Source: Chiloscyllium plagiosum (lineage: Eukaryota). From it: DNA of 23,329 nt. Made by a program: the position numbers and the translations under genes. Below, piece by piece: positions 1-13,409 of this stretch (the first letter of the stretch is position 1; each line of letters opens with the position of its first letter). Under the pieces are notes generated by a model. The model was not told where the DNA came from. It did no database searches and saw only the letters and a list, made by a program, of their open reading frames with translations. The DNA lies in contig NC_057720.1 in NCBI RefSeq assembly GCF_004010195.1, positions 33,044,290 to 33,067,618 of the forward strand, given 5' to 3'.

Positions 1-45
1 TCACACTCTTGATTTCTGTGATATATTTGGAAACTGGGTTTCTAA

Positions 46-912
<867 letters not shown>

Positions 913-1519
913 GGAGTTGAGAGGAAAAAAATAAAGCGTAATCTGCCAGTCTGGGGATTTAAGTTAACACAGTGATACCAATGAGTCTGAAAGGTTTCCA
1001 TCATGCATTGTTGTCGGTATATTTTTGGATTGGACCTGTAGAGGAAATTATAACTTTTGCTTTCAAAAATTGAATATTCACAAATATGTCACAACTTTGT
1101 CTACTTTTTAAATGTATAATTTACATTATATAACCTGAAAGTTTCTTTTCCACAAAAAAATGGTACCATGTTATAAATGGACTTGTTTGATGTTGCGTGA
1201 TGGGGAGAGAAGTATTGCAGTATTCTTCTCTCCAATATCAGCCCCATCTGGGTCAACATCTTTAATATTGTTAATCTGTCTGTTCTCCTGCATAGCCAAT
1301 GTTCACAAAACCAAACTCTCTTGTTTTCAGTCACTACATCTTGTCAAATTCTTCTCCATCCAGTGCTGCATAATGGGTTTAAAAGCAAGCCTTTCCACTA
1401 AATTAGGAAGATAAAGCCAGGAGTAAGCCCTTAAACCTCTTCCACTATTTATTGAGATCACAGCTGATCTGTGACCTAACGGCATTTGTGTCTGTGCCCC
1501 ATATCCCTTAATCCTCCAG

Positions 1520-1868
1520 CAAGCAATGGCCTTGAGGTAATATTTCCGGACTGTTAATCCAGCAACCCAGGTAATATGCTGGCGACCCAGGTTCAAATCC
1601 CACCAAGGCAGATATCGGGAATTAAGAGTCTAATGATGACCATGAATCCGTTGGCGATGGTTGGAAAACTCCATATGGTTCACTAACCTCATTTAGGGAA
1701 GAAAACTGCCATCCTTACCTGGTCTGTTTACATGTGACTCCAGACCCACAGCAAAATGACTCCAGACCCACAGCAAAGGGACTCTTAACTGCCCTCTGGG
1801 CAATTAGGGATGGATGATAAAGGCTGGCCCAGTTACTACTGCCCTTCTCCTATGAATGAATAAAAAAA
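1520..1868 (+). mobile_element. tRNA-derived SINE with LINE-like 3' tail
   Basis: A-box-like TGGCCTTGAGG near 1527, B-box GGTTCAAATCC at 1590-1600, tail GGGCAATTAGGGATGG..ATAAAGGCTGGCC...ATGAATGAATAAAAAAA ending at 1868. Family name not assigned. Confidence 0.8.
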
Positions 1869-2231
1869 CAAATTGGCTCACAGATGCCAATTGAATTAAC
1901 AATGACCCAGCTTCAGGTACCACTTGCAGAAAAGTGTTTGTAAGTTTAGCCACCATTGTGTTATTAATATTTTTGGATTAATATTCAAGAATATTAATAT
2001 TTCTTGAATATCAATATTCAAGCTTACCCACCCTTGTCCTGGATTCCTCGACGAATGAAAATGGCTTCTTTGTATTGCTTTCTCATAAAATCTTGAAAAC
2101 TTTGTTGAAATCACTCCTTGACCGTTAAAATTTCAGAGAAAACAATGCTAGCTTATGTAATTATTCCTAATAATTTTGGAGACCAGATATTTTAGTAAAT
2201 CCATGCTGCATTATCTCAAAGGGCAATACAT

Positions 2232-3850
2232 TAGAGTCATAGAGATGTACAGCATGGAAACAGACCCTTCAGTCCAACTCGTCCATGCCGACTAGATATC
2301 TTAAATTAATCTAGTCCCATTTGCCAGCACTTGGCCTATATCCCTCTTAAACTTTCCTATTCATATACCCATCCAAATGCCTTTTAAATGTTGTAATTGT
2401 ACCAGACTCCACCACTTCTTCTGGCAGTTCATTCCAAACGTGCACGATCCTTTGTGTGAAACAGTTGCCTCTTAGGTCCCTTTTAAATCTTTCCCCTCTC
2501 ACCAGAAACCTATGTCCGCTAGTTCTGGGCTCCCCCAACCCAGGGACAAGATCTAGTCTATTTACCCTTTCCCTGCTTCTCATGATTTTATAAACCTCAA
2601 AAAGGTCACCCCTCTGCCTCTGACACTCCGGGGAAAACAGACTCAGCCTATTCAGCCTCTCCCTATTGGTCAAACCTTCCCCTGACAACATCCTTGTGAA
2701 TATTTTCTGAACACTTTCAAGTTTCGCAACATCCTTCCGAAAGGAAGGAGACCAGAATTGCACACAATATTTTAAAAGTGACCTAACCAATGTCCTGTAC
2801 AGCTGCAACGTGACCTCCCAATTCCTATACTCAATGCACTGACCAATATAGGAAACCATATTAAATGCCTTCTTCATTATCCTAACTACTTGAAACTCCA
2901 CTTTCAAGGAGTTATGAACCTACACTCCGATGTCTCTTTGTTCAGCAACACTCCCAGGACCTTACTATTAAGTTATAAGTCCTGCCCTAATTTGCCTTTA
3001 CAAAATGCAGCACCTCACATTTATCTAAATTAAACTCCATCTGCCACGCCTTGGCCCATCTGATCAAGATCTCATTGTAATCCAAGATAATCTTCTTCGC
3101 TGTCCACTACACCTCTAATTAGCAAACTAGCTAATTATACCTCCTGTGTTCACATCCCAGTCATTTATATAAATGAACAAAAAGCAGTGGACCCTGCAAC
3201 GATCCTTGTGACACACCATTGGTCACAGGCCTCCAGTCTGAAAAGTAACCCTCCACCACCACCCTCTGTCTTCCACCTTCGAGGCAGTTCTGTATCCAAA
3301 TGGTTAGTTCTCCCTGTATTCCATGTGATCTAACCTTGCTAACCAGTCTACCATGAAGAACCTTGTCGAATTCCTTACCGAAGTCCATATAGATCATATC
3401 TACCCCTCTGCCCTCATCAATCCTCTTTGTTACTTCTTCAAAAAACTCAATCAAGTTAGTGAGACATGATTTCCCACGCACAAAACCATGTTGACAATCC
3501 GTAATCTGTCCTTCCCTATCCAAATACATGAAAATCCAGTCCCTCAGGATTCCCTCCAACAACTTGCCCACCACCAATGTCAGGATCACCAGTCTATAGT
3601 TCCCTGGCTTTTCCTTACCACCTTTCTTAAATAGTGGCATCATGCTAGCCAACCTCCAGTCTTCCGGCACCTCACCTTGACTATCAGTGATCCAAATATC
3701 TCAGCAAGGGGCCCAGCAATCACTTCCCTAGCTTCCTACAGAGTTCCAGCATACACTTGATTGGTTCCTGGGGATTTATCAACCTTTATGCATTTCAAGA
3801 CATCCAGCACCACCTCCTCTGTAATATAGACATTTTTCAAGTTGTCATCA
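2232..3850 (-). mobile_element. 5'-truncated CR1 LINE (RT and C-terminal part of ORF2, frameshifted)
   Basis: ORFs 3161-3670 (PEDWR..PLFKKG..PGNYR..QHGF..KSCLTNL..QGSLQGPLLF) and 2347-2907 (YCVQFWSP..RGNCFTQRIVHVWNELP). 3' tail with TGACTCTA octamer at 2232-2245. Confidence 0.93.
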
Positions 3851-4133
3851 TCTTTTCTGATCCTAAGATATAATGTCCAGAACTCAAGACAGTATGTCAT
3901 GTGTAGTATAACCAGGATTTTGTGCAATTCCGGCATGACTTCTGAACCCCTGAATTCTCGTACTCTACATATAAAGGCCAGAATTCTATTATTCCTTTTC
4001 CATATCTGTACATGACATTTTAACCAACATAAACCACAAATTTCTTGAGACACCCACTTCTTCTGGTTTTTCACAGTTTATCAGGAAATATTATGATCTA
4101 TCTTTTTTTGTCTACAATTGATTACCTCACACA

Positions 4134-4435
4134 GGTTGGCTGTTTGAGTGGTTAGCCTCACAGCACCAGGTCCCAGGTTCGATACCAGCCTTGGGTGACT
4201 GTCTGTGTGGAGTTTGCACATTCTCCCTGTGTCCGCGTGGGTTTCCTCCGGGTGCTCCAGTTTCTTCCCACAATCCAAAGATGTGCAGGTCAGATGAATT
4301 GGCTGTGCTAAATTGTCCATAGTATTAGGTGCATTCATCAGAGGGAGATGGGTCTGGGTGAGTTACTCTTCGGAGGGTCGGTGTGGACTGGTTGGGCCGA
4401 AGGGCCTGTTTCCACACTGTAGGGAATCTAATCTA
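4134..4435 (+). mobile_element. HE1-like V-SINE (tRNA head, V-domain, CR1-derived tail)
   Basis: A-box-like GAGTGGTTAGC and B-box GGTTCGATACC. V-domain TGTGTGGAGTTTGCACATTCTCCCTGTGTCCGCGTGGGTTTCCTCCGGGTGCTCCAGTTTCTTCCCACAATCCAAAGATGTGC. CR1-type tail GGGCCGAAGGGCCTGTTTCCACACTGTAGGGAATCTAATCTA. Confidence 0.88.
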
Positions 4436-5344
4436 TCCAGCCTACCTCAGGTTCTTCAAGTTATAATCAATTGTACATGCTTATATTGAAATCTATTTGC
4501 TACAATTTTGCTTATTGAATCTATTAAAACCCCTTTGTAATTTTAAGTTCCATCTACAATGCTTACAATCCCAATCATCTTTGCGTCATCCACAACCTTG
4601 AATGTGTAACGTCTTGCCCCATCATCTAATTTGTTTATAAATACGGCAAAATGTTGAGCTTCCAACACAGGTCCCTGTTGGTCATCATTAATCACATGAT
4701 GGTAATTAGAGTACCAGTCTATTGTCTTTGTAACTGCCAATTCCATAAACAATAACTTGCCCTCAATTTCATTACCTTCAATCTCAGCTAACAAATTCTT
4801 AAGAGGAACTTTACTGAATGCCCTTTGAAACTCAGTTTAAGTAACATCCTATCTAACACCTTATTTTTCAAATAATTCAGTCAGGTTTATCAGGTATGAC
4901 CTATCTTTTACAGCTCCTTGATGACACTGTCAATCAGCTAAAATCTTTCAAAATGCTAATCACCACAATTTTGATTATAGACTCCTGTAATTTTCTTACA
5001 AATGTTAGACTAACCAGCCTATAATTCCATTTCTGAACTTGTTTTAATTAGCAGAGGGATATGTACAACTTTTCATCTAAAGGAATTAATCACAAACCAA
5101 AAAACTTTGGAAAATTACAGTTGGGGTATCAGTTTTATTACAATGTTCTCTTGCTTTAAAATCCTGTGGTAAGAACTGTCTGATCCTGGGAGTTTGTCAC
5201 TCTTTATTGCTTTTTTTTCTTCTTCATTACTGTTGCTTTATTAAGTGAAGTTCCCTTCAGAGGTCTATATTAATTTCCTAGGACTGTCCAACATGTCATC
5301 CACTTCGTCTATTGTAAATACTGACATAATACTATCTTAATATG

Positions 5345-5391
5345 GCAGAAGTGGGTACTGCAGATGCTGGAAATCAGAGTCTAGACTCTAA
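5345..5391 (-). mobile_element. 47-bp Penelope pLTR-end fragment with 12-bp flanking direct repeat
   Basis: TATCTTAATATG at 5333-5344 and 5392-5403. The insert is the reverse complement of the end of the 5655-5818 fragment. Confidence 0.75.
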
Positions 5392-5654
5392 TATCTTAAT
5401 ATGTCTATCACTTTTTTGTAGAACACTGTTGTCAGGTTTTAAAGGGTCCATGTTACTTTTAACCACAGTTTTTTAAATTTATAATTGTATAAGCTTTGTG
5501 TTGAGTTTGACATCCACTGTAAGTTTCTTTTCATTGTCCTTTTTTGTACCACTTATTATCTGTTTTGATAGCCTTTCTTCTTTATTTTTCTCTGATACAC
5601 TAGGACTTTTGCTATTATGCATTTTAGTATGTTTTTCCCTTTTAGTTTGATGTC

Positions 5655-5818
5655 TATCTGTCCACCCCGGAGGCTCCCTGCCTTCATTCTTGATGAAGGA
5701 CTTTTGCCTGAAATGTTGATTTTCATGCTCCTCGGATGCTGCCTGACCTGCTGTGCTTTTCCAGCACCACTCTAATCTAGACTCTGATTTCCAGCATCTG
5801 CAGTCCTCACTTTTGCCT
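5655..5818 (+). mobile_element. Penelope-like pLTR fragment with degenerate hammerhead motif (5686-5721)
   Basis: ATTC-TTGATGA-A-GGAC-TTTT-GCCT-GAAAT-GTT-GATT followed by GATGCTGCCTGACCTGCTGTGCTTTTCCAGCACCACTCTAATCTAGACTCTG. Same family as the inserts at 9123-9205 and 15923-16010. Confidence 0.78.
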
Positions 5819-7598
5819 TACCTCAAATTGTCCATCAATAGTTTTTGCCAAATTGAACTCTTACCATTGTGTTATAACTTGTTCTATGTCACATTACATT
5901 CTTTTTTAACACAACTACTCTTCTGTCATTTTACCCGTTGACAGAGTCTCTCAGTTTACTGTGGATAGTCTATATCATTCTGTTGATCCCGGCCTTAACT
6001 AACTCTAAATTTTAGTAGCTGTTTCATGTTTCTCCTCTTTAAACACAACATTGAACTCATTGTGTTATCGTCGCTATTAAATCTGTCTCAGTTGCTATCA
6101 AATTATTAAATCGAATATAGTCTGTCTCTTGTTTTAAGCCATAATGTCACAGGAAGTTGTCCTAATGTGCCCATAGAAGCTGGGCATCAATGTATCTGGT
6201 GTACAACCACAGATGTAGTGACACAATCCCACCATTAGATCGAGCTTCATAAACTGCATACCCAATAATCATACCTACATTGCTATTTACTTCATGGGAA
6301 ACTATTTTTGTCTTTTTTTTCCATAGGAAATGCACTGGCATGCAAGACTTTCAATCAGACTTATTAAGGGTTGGATGGTTTGCAGCTTTTATAATTTGAA
6401 TTTTTCAATTGTGACAAAAATTATATTTTAAATTTACAGTATAACTTCAGTCTCTTTCAAGAAGTGACATCAGGAATTTATTCCAGAAATACCAAGCACC
6501 CATCAACAGGTGTTTTATTTTTAAGAAAAAAAGGATTCAAATAGGTTTGGCAATCTTCTAACCTAGTTTGGTTCCATTCTTCATCACCTGAACAAATGTA
6601 ATAGCTCAAGCCTGTCTTGTGCAGCTGTTGTATCATATATGAGCACCAGATCAAATTCAGGCAGAAATACGCAAGTCGTTAGCTTGGATTGCAAATTATG
6701 CACAGTTTGCTAGATTTTTAAGATTTCACTTTGAAGGGAGGAAAGGCTTAAGAACAACAATTAAATCAGAATCAGATAAAATCGGGAAAAAAAGCACAAT
6801 GAATACAACAGGAATGCAGGGAGAGTGATCATGTAGTCTGTAATGTACAATGGGAGTGAACGTATTTCTAAAGCAAATTCTCAGCAGTTGCTTTTATTTA
6901 TGAACTGCTAACAAGAGCATCATCATAATAGTTTAGTTTCTGCTCATAGGAAGTACCTGGGCATTCTCGATTGTGAACAGAGACTAAATATCGGGCAAAT
7001 CAGGACATTGGTATTTGTAACTAGAGTACTTAGGTAGTCATCTTGCTGGACATTTTCCACTCATTTTGTATTAGTGGTCCTAAAAGGCACTTCAAAATGC
7101 AAAACATGAGTGGACACCAATGTCCAATAAAGAATACAAAGTCAATGTTTTTTAATGTTGGGAATATTTAACTCTCCTCCACTAAAACTGTTCTCAAGTT
7201 GGAGCTCCATGGATTTGAATTAACTGATCATTCTTAAAGAGCCCTCTACTTAGGAATGCTATGGAAATAAGCAAGTAAATCAGATATGTGAAGAGGAATT
7301 TGGGGTGTGATCCAATGAATTTTCCTTATGATTGTAGAAAGCATTTGATCATAGCAGATGACTACTGTCTTTTTCCTTCATCTCTGTTGAAGTGAAGATG
7401 GTAGTAGAGAATAAACTTCAAGGAAGGAAATTAAAGGGAATAACAAAGCCTGTTCGAAATAAAGAAATGTACTGTGCATACAAAGAAACATTGAATTGAA
7501 TTGAATACATTGAGTTTAGTCAAAAAAATATCTGCGATTTGTTAGTGAATATGAAGATTTTTTAAATCAGTGAAGAGATGCATAATACACTCTTCTGA

Positions 7599-7817
<219 letters not shown>

Positions 7818-8559
7818 TAGGTGGAGTAGCTCTGTGAAAGCTGTTATTCTTTCTGTTGGTGGACACAGGATGGGTTACTGAGACCAGTCCTATGGCTCTG
7901 ATGTTGGTAGCCTTAATTTCCTTGATTCATGTGTGCTATACTCAAATGAAGTTTTCCCAAATATATCCTTAGTCTCAGTGCATTTCTCCCATCTAAATAT
8001 ATAACATGAAAAGGGAAGGCGAGTCAGGCTGGCAAGTTTAGAGTGAAGCTGTTTTTAATTATTTAAATAACTCCATTACACTGTGGTTTTGGTTTTTGCT
8101 GCACGGTTAGCAACAGGTAGTTAAGGGTTAGTTTAATGCATGAGGTTCCAAACCACTGGGTTTCCTGTTAAAATCCATGGACTTGCTTTATTAAAGTAAT
8201 ATAAAGGAGAAATGTGATTGTTCAACAAACATGCAACTGATCAGTGCTACCTTTTAGTGAGATTGCTGCTGGTAATGAAGAATGAGGATTGTAGCTATGT
8301 ACGATATTGGAGCTGCAAAGTTAAATTAAAATATGCACATTTCAATATATAAATGAGCAGGTCACAGTAATGTTGTTTGTTTAAAAATGCTTTACATTTA
8401 TGCGAAATGTAATGTTTAATTGCAAAAGTTCATAGAAATTTCATTTGATTGAGATAAATTACTTTATATACCTAGATTCTGATGTAAGAAAAATCTTCCA
8501 CATGACATTGAGTTGTGGAGGGACACTACCATTAATATGCATCATATTGTTGAAAAAAA

Positions 8560-8898
8560 GTCACATTTTGCTGGGGCTTTTCATCTTGTACTTAACAGGA
8601 TAATTTACAAGAAATTCCAATAGAAAAAGAAAACATTATTTATACTGTAAAAGAGAGTGCTGATTGGTTGGCAAATGGACACTGATCGGTAGAGGCGTTG
8701 CTATGAACCATGCACCAGTTAAATGATGAGTTATGCATTCCCCATGGCAATGCCTCCAGCAATCACAGTCCACTTGCCATTTCCAATCAATCAGCACACT
8801 TCTCACGTATATTATAAATGTGGTTTCCCCTTACATACGAATGCTTGGAAATTATTCTGAAAGTACAGTAAATGATGAAAAGCTTGACAAAATGTGTC
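8560..8898. repeat. ~340-bp imperfect palindromic (MITE-like / fold-back) element
   Basis: 8653-8705 pairs imperfectly with 8743-8804. Outer CACATTTTG (8562-8570) pairs with CAAAATGTG (8888-8896), and GCTTTTCATC pairs with GATGAAAAGC. Confidence 0.8.
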
Positions 8899-9005
8899 CT
8901 TCACAGAAATACTACCAAACAACCGTAAATATTGTTGAATTAAATCACAAGAACATAAGTGAAAATGATAGAAATTGCAAGTTTATAAGGTAATCATGTT
9001 GAGAA

Positions 9006-11288
9006 TCATAGAGTCATAAAGATGTACAGCACGGAAACAGACCCTTCGGTCCAACTCGTCCATGCCAACTGGATATACCAGTCCAATCTAGTCCCACCTG
9101 CCAGCACCTGACCCATGTCCCTGGGTAAAAACAATGACTGCAGATGCTGGAAACCAGAGTCTAGATTAGAGTGGTGCTGGAAAAGCACAGCAGTTTAGGC
9201 AGCATTTGCGCTCTTGACCTATATCCCTCCAAACCCTTCCTATTCATATCCAGATACCTTTTAAATGTTGCAATTATACCAGCCTCCACCACTTCCTCTG
9301 GCAGCTCATTCCATACACATACCACCCTCTGAGTGAAAAAGTTGCCTCTTGGGTCTCTTTTATATTTCTCCCCTCTCACCTTAAACCTATGCCCTTTCGT
9401 TCTGGACTCACCCACCCCAGGGAAAAGAATTTGTTTATTTATCCTATCCATGCCCCTCATGATTTTATAAACGTCTATAAGGTCATCCCTCAGCCTCCGA
9501 CGCTCCACGGAAAACAGCCCTAGCCTATTCAACCTCTTCCTATAGCTTCAATCCTCCAACTCTGGCAACATCCTTGTAAATCTTTTCTGAATCCTTTCAA
9601 GTTTCACAACATCTTTCCGATAGGAAGGAGACCAGAATTGCACGCAATATTCCAACAGTGGCCTGACCAATGTCCTGTACAGCCGCAACATGACCTCCCA
9701 ACTCCTGTACTCAATATTCTGACCAATAAAGGAAAGCATACCAAATGCCTTCTTCACTATCCTATCTACCTGCAACTCCACTTTCAAGGAACTATGAACC
9801 TGCACTCCAAGGTCTCTTTGTTCAGCAACATTCCCTCTGACCTTACCATTAAGTGTATAAGTCCTGCTATGATATGCTTTCCCAAAATGCAGCACTTCAC
9901 ATATATCTAAATTAAACTCCATCTACCACTCCTCAGCTCATCGGCTTATCTGATCAAGATCCCATTGTAATCTGAGGTAACCTTCTTCGCTACCACTACA
10001 CCTCCAATTTTGGTGTCATCAGCAAACTTACTAACTATACCTCCTGTGCTCACATCCAAATCATTTATATAAATAATGAAATGTAGAGGACCCAGCACCG
10101 ATCCATGTGGCATTCCATTGGTCACAGGCCTCCAGTCTGAAAAACAATCCTCCACCACCACCCTCTGTCTTCTACCTTTGAGTCAGTTCTCTATCCAAAT
10201 GGCTAGTTCACCCTGTATACCATGAGATCTAACCTTGCTCACCAGTCTCCCATGGGGAACCTTGTCGAACGTCTTACTGAAATTCATATAGATCACATAT
10301 ACCGCTCTGCCCTTATCAATCCTCTTTGTTACTTCTTCAAAAAACTCGATCAAGTTTGTGAAACATGATTTCCCACGCATGATTTTCCATCCCTAATCAG
10401 TCCTTCCCTTTCCAAATACATGTACATCCTGTCCCTCAGGATTCCCTCCAACAACTTGCCTTCCACCGACGTCAGGCTCACTGGTCTATATTCCCTGGCT
10501 TGTCCTTACCACCCTTCTTAAACAGTGGCACCACGTCAGCCAACGTCCAGTCTTCCAGCACCTCACTTGTGACTATCAATGATACAAATATCTCAGTAAG
10601 AGGCCCAGCAATCATTTCCCTAGCTTCCCACAGAGTTCTAGGGTTCACCTGATCAGGTCTTGGGGATTTATCCATCTTTATGTGTTTCAAGACATCCAGC
10701 ACTTGCTCCTCTGTAATATGGACATTTTTCAAGATGTCACCATTTATTTCCCTACATTCTATATCTTCCATGTCCTTTTCCACAGTAAATACTGATGCAA
10801 AATATTCATTTAGTATCTGCCCCATCTCCTGCAGCTCCACACAAATGTCTTGGTGAATTTTGAGGGGCCCTATTCTCTCCTTAATTACTCTTTTGTCCTT
10901 AAGGTAAAAACCCTTTGGATTCTCCTTAACCCTATTTGCCAAAGCTATCTCATGTGCTCTTTTTTTGCCCTCCTGATTTCCCTCTTAAGTATACTCCTAT
11001 TGCCTTTACACTCTTCTAAGGATTCACGTTCTTGCCTAATACTGTCAAAATTCACCTTCCTCCAATTTAGAACTTCAACTTTTAGATCTGGTCTATCCTT
11101 TTCCATCACTATTTTAAAACTAATAGAATTATAGTCGCTGGCCCCAAAGTGCTCCCCCACTGACACCTCAATAACCCGCCCTGCCTTATTTCCCAAGAGT
11201 AGGTCAAGTTTTGCACCTTCTCTAATAGGTACATACATCCACATACTGAATCAGAAAATTTTCATGTGCACGCTTAACAAATTCCTCT
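9006..11288 (-). mobile_element. 5'-truncated CR1 LINE (end of endonuclease, RT, C-terminus, 3' tail; many frameshifts)
   Basis: Consecutive minus ORFs: REGAKLDLLL..SDYNSISF, LNEYFASVFT..KSPRPD, GKSCFTNL, HGSVLGPL..SKFADDTK, LEYCVQFWSP, FFTQRVVCVWNELP. TGACTCTA tail at 9006-9020. Same subfamily as 2232-3850. Confidence 0.94.
9123..9205 (-). mobile_element. Penelope pLTR fragment inserted in the 3' end of the CR1
   Basis: GGGTAAAAACAATGACTGCAGATGCTGGAAACCAGAGTCTAGATTAGAGTGGTGCTGGAAAAGCACAGCAG interrupts the CR1 (compare the uninterrupted 2322-2350). Flanked by a degenerate 19-bp duplication, 9104-9122 and 9210-9228 (15/19 identical). Confidence 0.78.
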
Positions 11289-11368
11289 CTGGGTAATCCA
11301 AGATGGAGGATGGGAAAAATTTCTGGCCGTAACAGCTGCTCCTTTTTTGAGGTGGTTAAGTTTGGTGA

Positions 11369-11761
<393 letters not shown>

Positions 11762-12407
11762 TAGAAATCAAAATGTTTTGATGAGAAAAAAGTGGAACAT
11801 CCATAGTTTCTCTGGCAAGATAGGTTAGGTTGGATAGTGCATGCTTTAGGCAATTAGCCTTTCAGCTCTGGAAGTGGTAATGTTTAAATTCAGGCTAAAT
11901 TCATGCAGTACAGTACCTTCAAAAGTAAAGACACTAAGATGCAAGTTGCTTTTTTTTGTGGACTGTGCTTTTTCACTTACTTCAAAGACTTGATAAATCC
12001 TGTGATAAAGGCATGTTCTACAGAGAGGATGGCTAAGTTAAGTTATTCCATATATTGTGATTGACATTTGATATTTAAATTGTTATTTAATGATGGTATT
12101 GGTCCTGAATTGAACTTGATGAAGACACTGAGAAAATATTTAATTGTGTTATTATCAGAAAACCATGTTTTCATAAATCTTCTGCAATATTAAATTGGTG
12201 TTGTATATGCAATCAGTCTCACCAATTGCATTTACTTCTGTTACAAAATTAAGTTAAGGAACAGAAAGCAAGAACAGGAGGATCAGTGAAAATGTCTTCT
12301 GTAAGAAAACACTGAACTTGGTTAATTTCTCCCCAAGACTTTTTCCCCCATTATTGAGCTGTCACCAGTAGATCTGTGGAAACGTTGAAGAAATGGTAGA
12401 AATCCCA

Positions 12408-12456
12408 GGATGGACATGATGGGCTGAAGGGCCTCTTTCCATGCTTTTAAACTCTT
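12408..12456 (+). mobile_element. Isolated CR1/SINE 3' tail remnant
   Basis: GGACATGATGGGCTGAAGGGCCTCTTTCCATGCT resembles the SINE tail at 4386-4420. Confidence 0.55.
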
Positions 12457-12743
12457 ATTACTCTCTGAATTAGTGTTTCTCCTAGGTTTCCATAGATCTT
12501 CCAGCACCTTATGAGTGACAACTAGGAGAATCCCTCTCAATGTTCAATCCTTTGATCTTGGTGTTCCATGATAATTTGCACAAAAATAGTTGTTCTATTC
12601 CAAAATAAACAATCATTTTGAAAAATAATTAGCACAACCTGTGCAAAAATAAAACTGAACCGCAATATGTAAAAATGTCACCTTGCAAATGAAACTGTCT
12701 ATGCAAAAAAATCATAAAGGTATTCCTCCTTCAACTGAACTGA

Positions 12744-12911
<168 letters not shown>

Positions 12912-13409
12912 TAATTTAAAACATTCAGTTCTGGTACTGGATGCATACTATTTCTGACCTCGTTGTTTAGATTATTGGGTGTTAACAAAACATATGAGCA
13001 GTTCGAACCAATCACTAATGTATATTTATCATACCACTAAAAACTACTAGAACTACTGAACTAGTGCAGGTAACTAACATAAGACAGGGATGGGTGACAG
13101 CTCGTTTTTGTGTGATTATGTCGGTCACCTAATGCTTTGATAAACTAGGGTTTCTGATCTAAAAGTAATAGGATCTTAATATTGTAACATCCTGCAAGAA
13201 TGCAAATATGGCATTGAAAGCAATGGGATGCTAGTAGGGCATAAATCTGTACGTGGTATCTTGTGTGTGGTAGGTTAAGGGAAGGGAAGATTGCAAGCAA
13301 AGGCCCTAAAGGAAAAGTGACTAAAATTAAGCATGACTCTTCCATCAGACCCCTAAGTCAGCCATTGCTAATTTGCTGGGAAATGGTTACACCATCTTCA
13401 AAATTATGG

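Larger units (their letters stand above)
1405..6150 (-). mobile_element. Old, heavily decayed CR1-type LINE, fragmented by at least five younger insertions
   Basis: CR1-like 3' UTR remnant near 1410-1515. Minus-strand peptides ILAFICRVREFRGSEVMPELHKILV...YCLEFW (3860-3990) and QGPVLEAQHFAVFINKLDD...KVVDDAK (4575-4680, decayed QGSVLGP/FADD RT motifs) occur in collinear order. Outer boundaries approximate. Confidence 0.7.

Noticed and set aside
4123..4453. TACCTCA..GGTT on both sides of the HE1-like SINE as a target-site duplication
   Set aside because: The match is gapped and does not abut the element ends cleanly.
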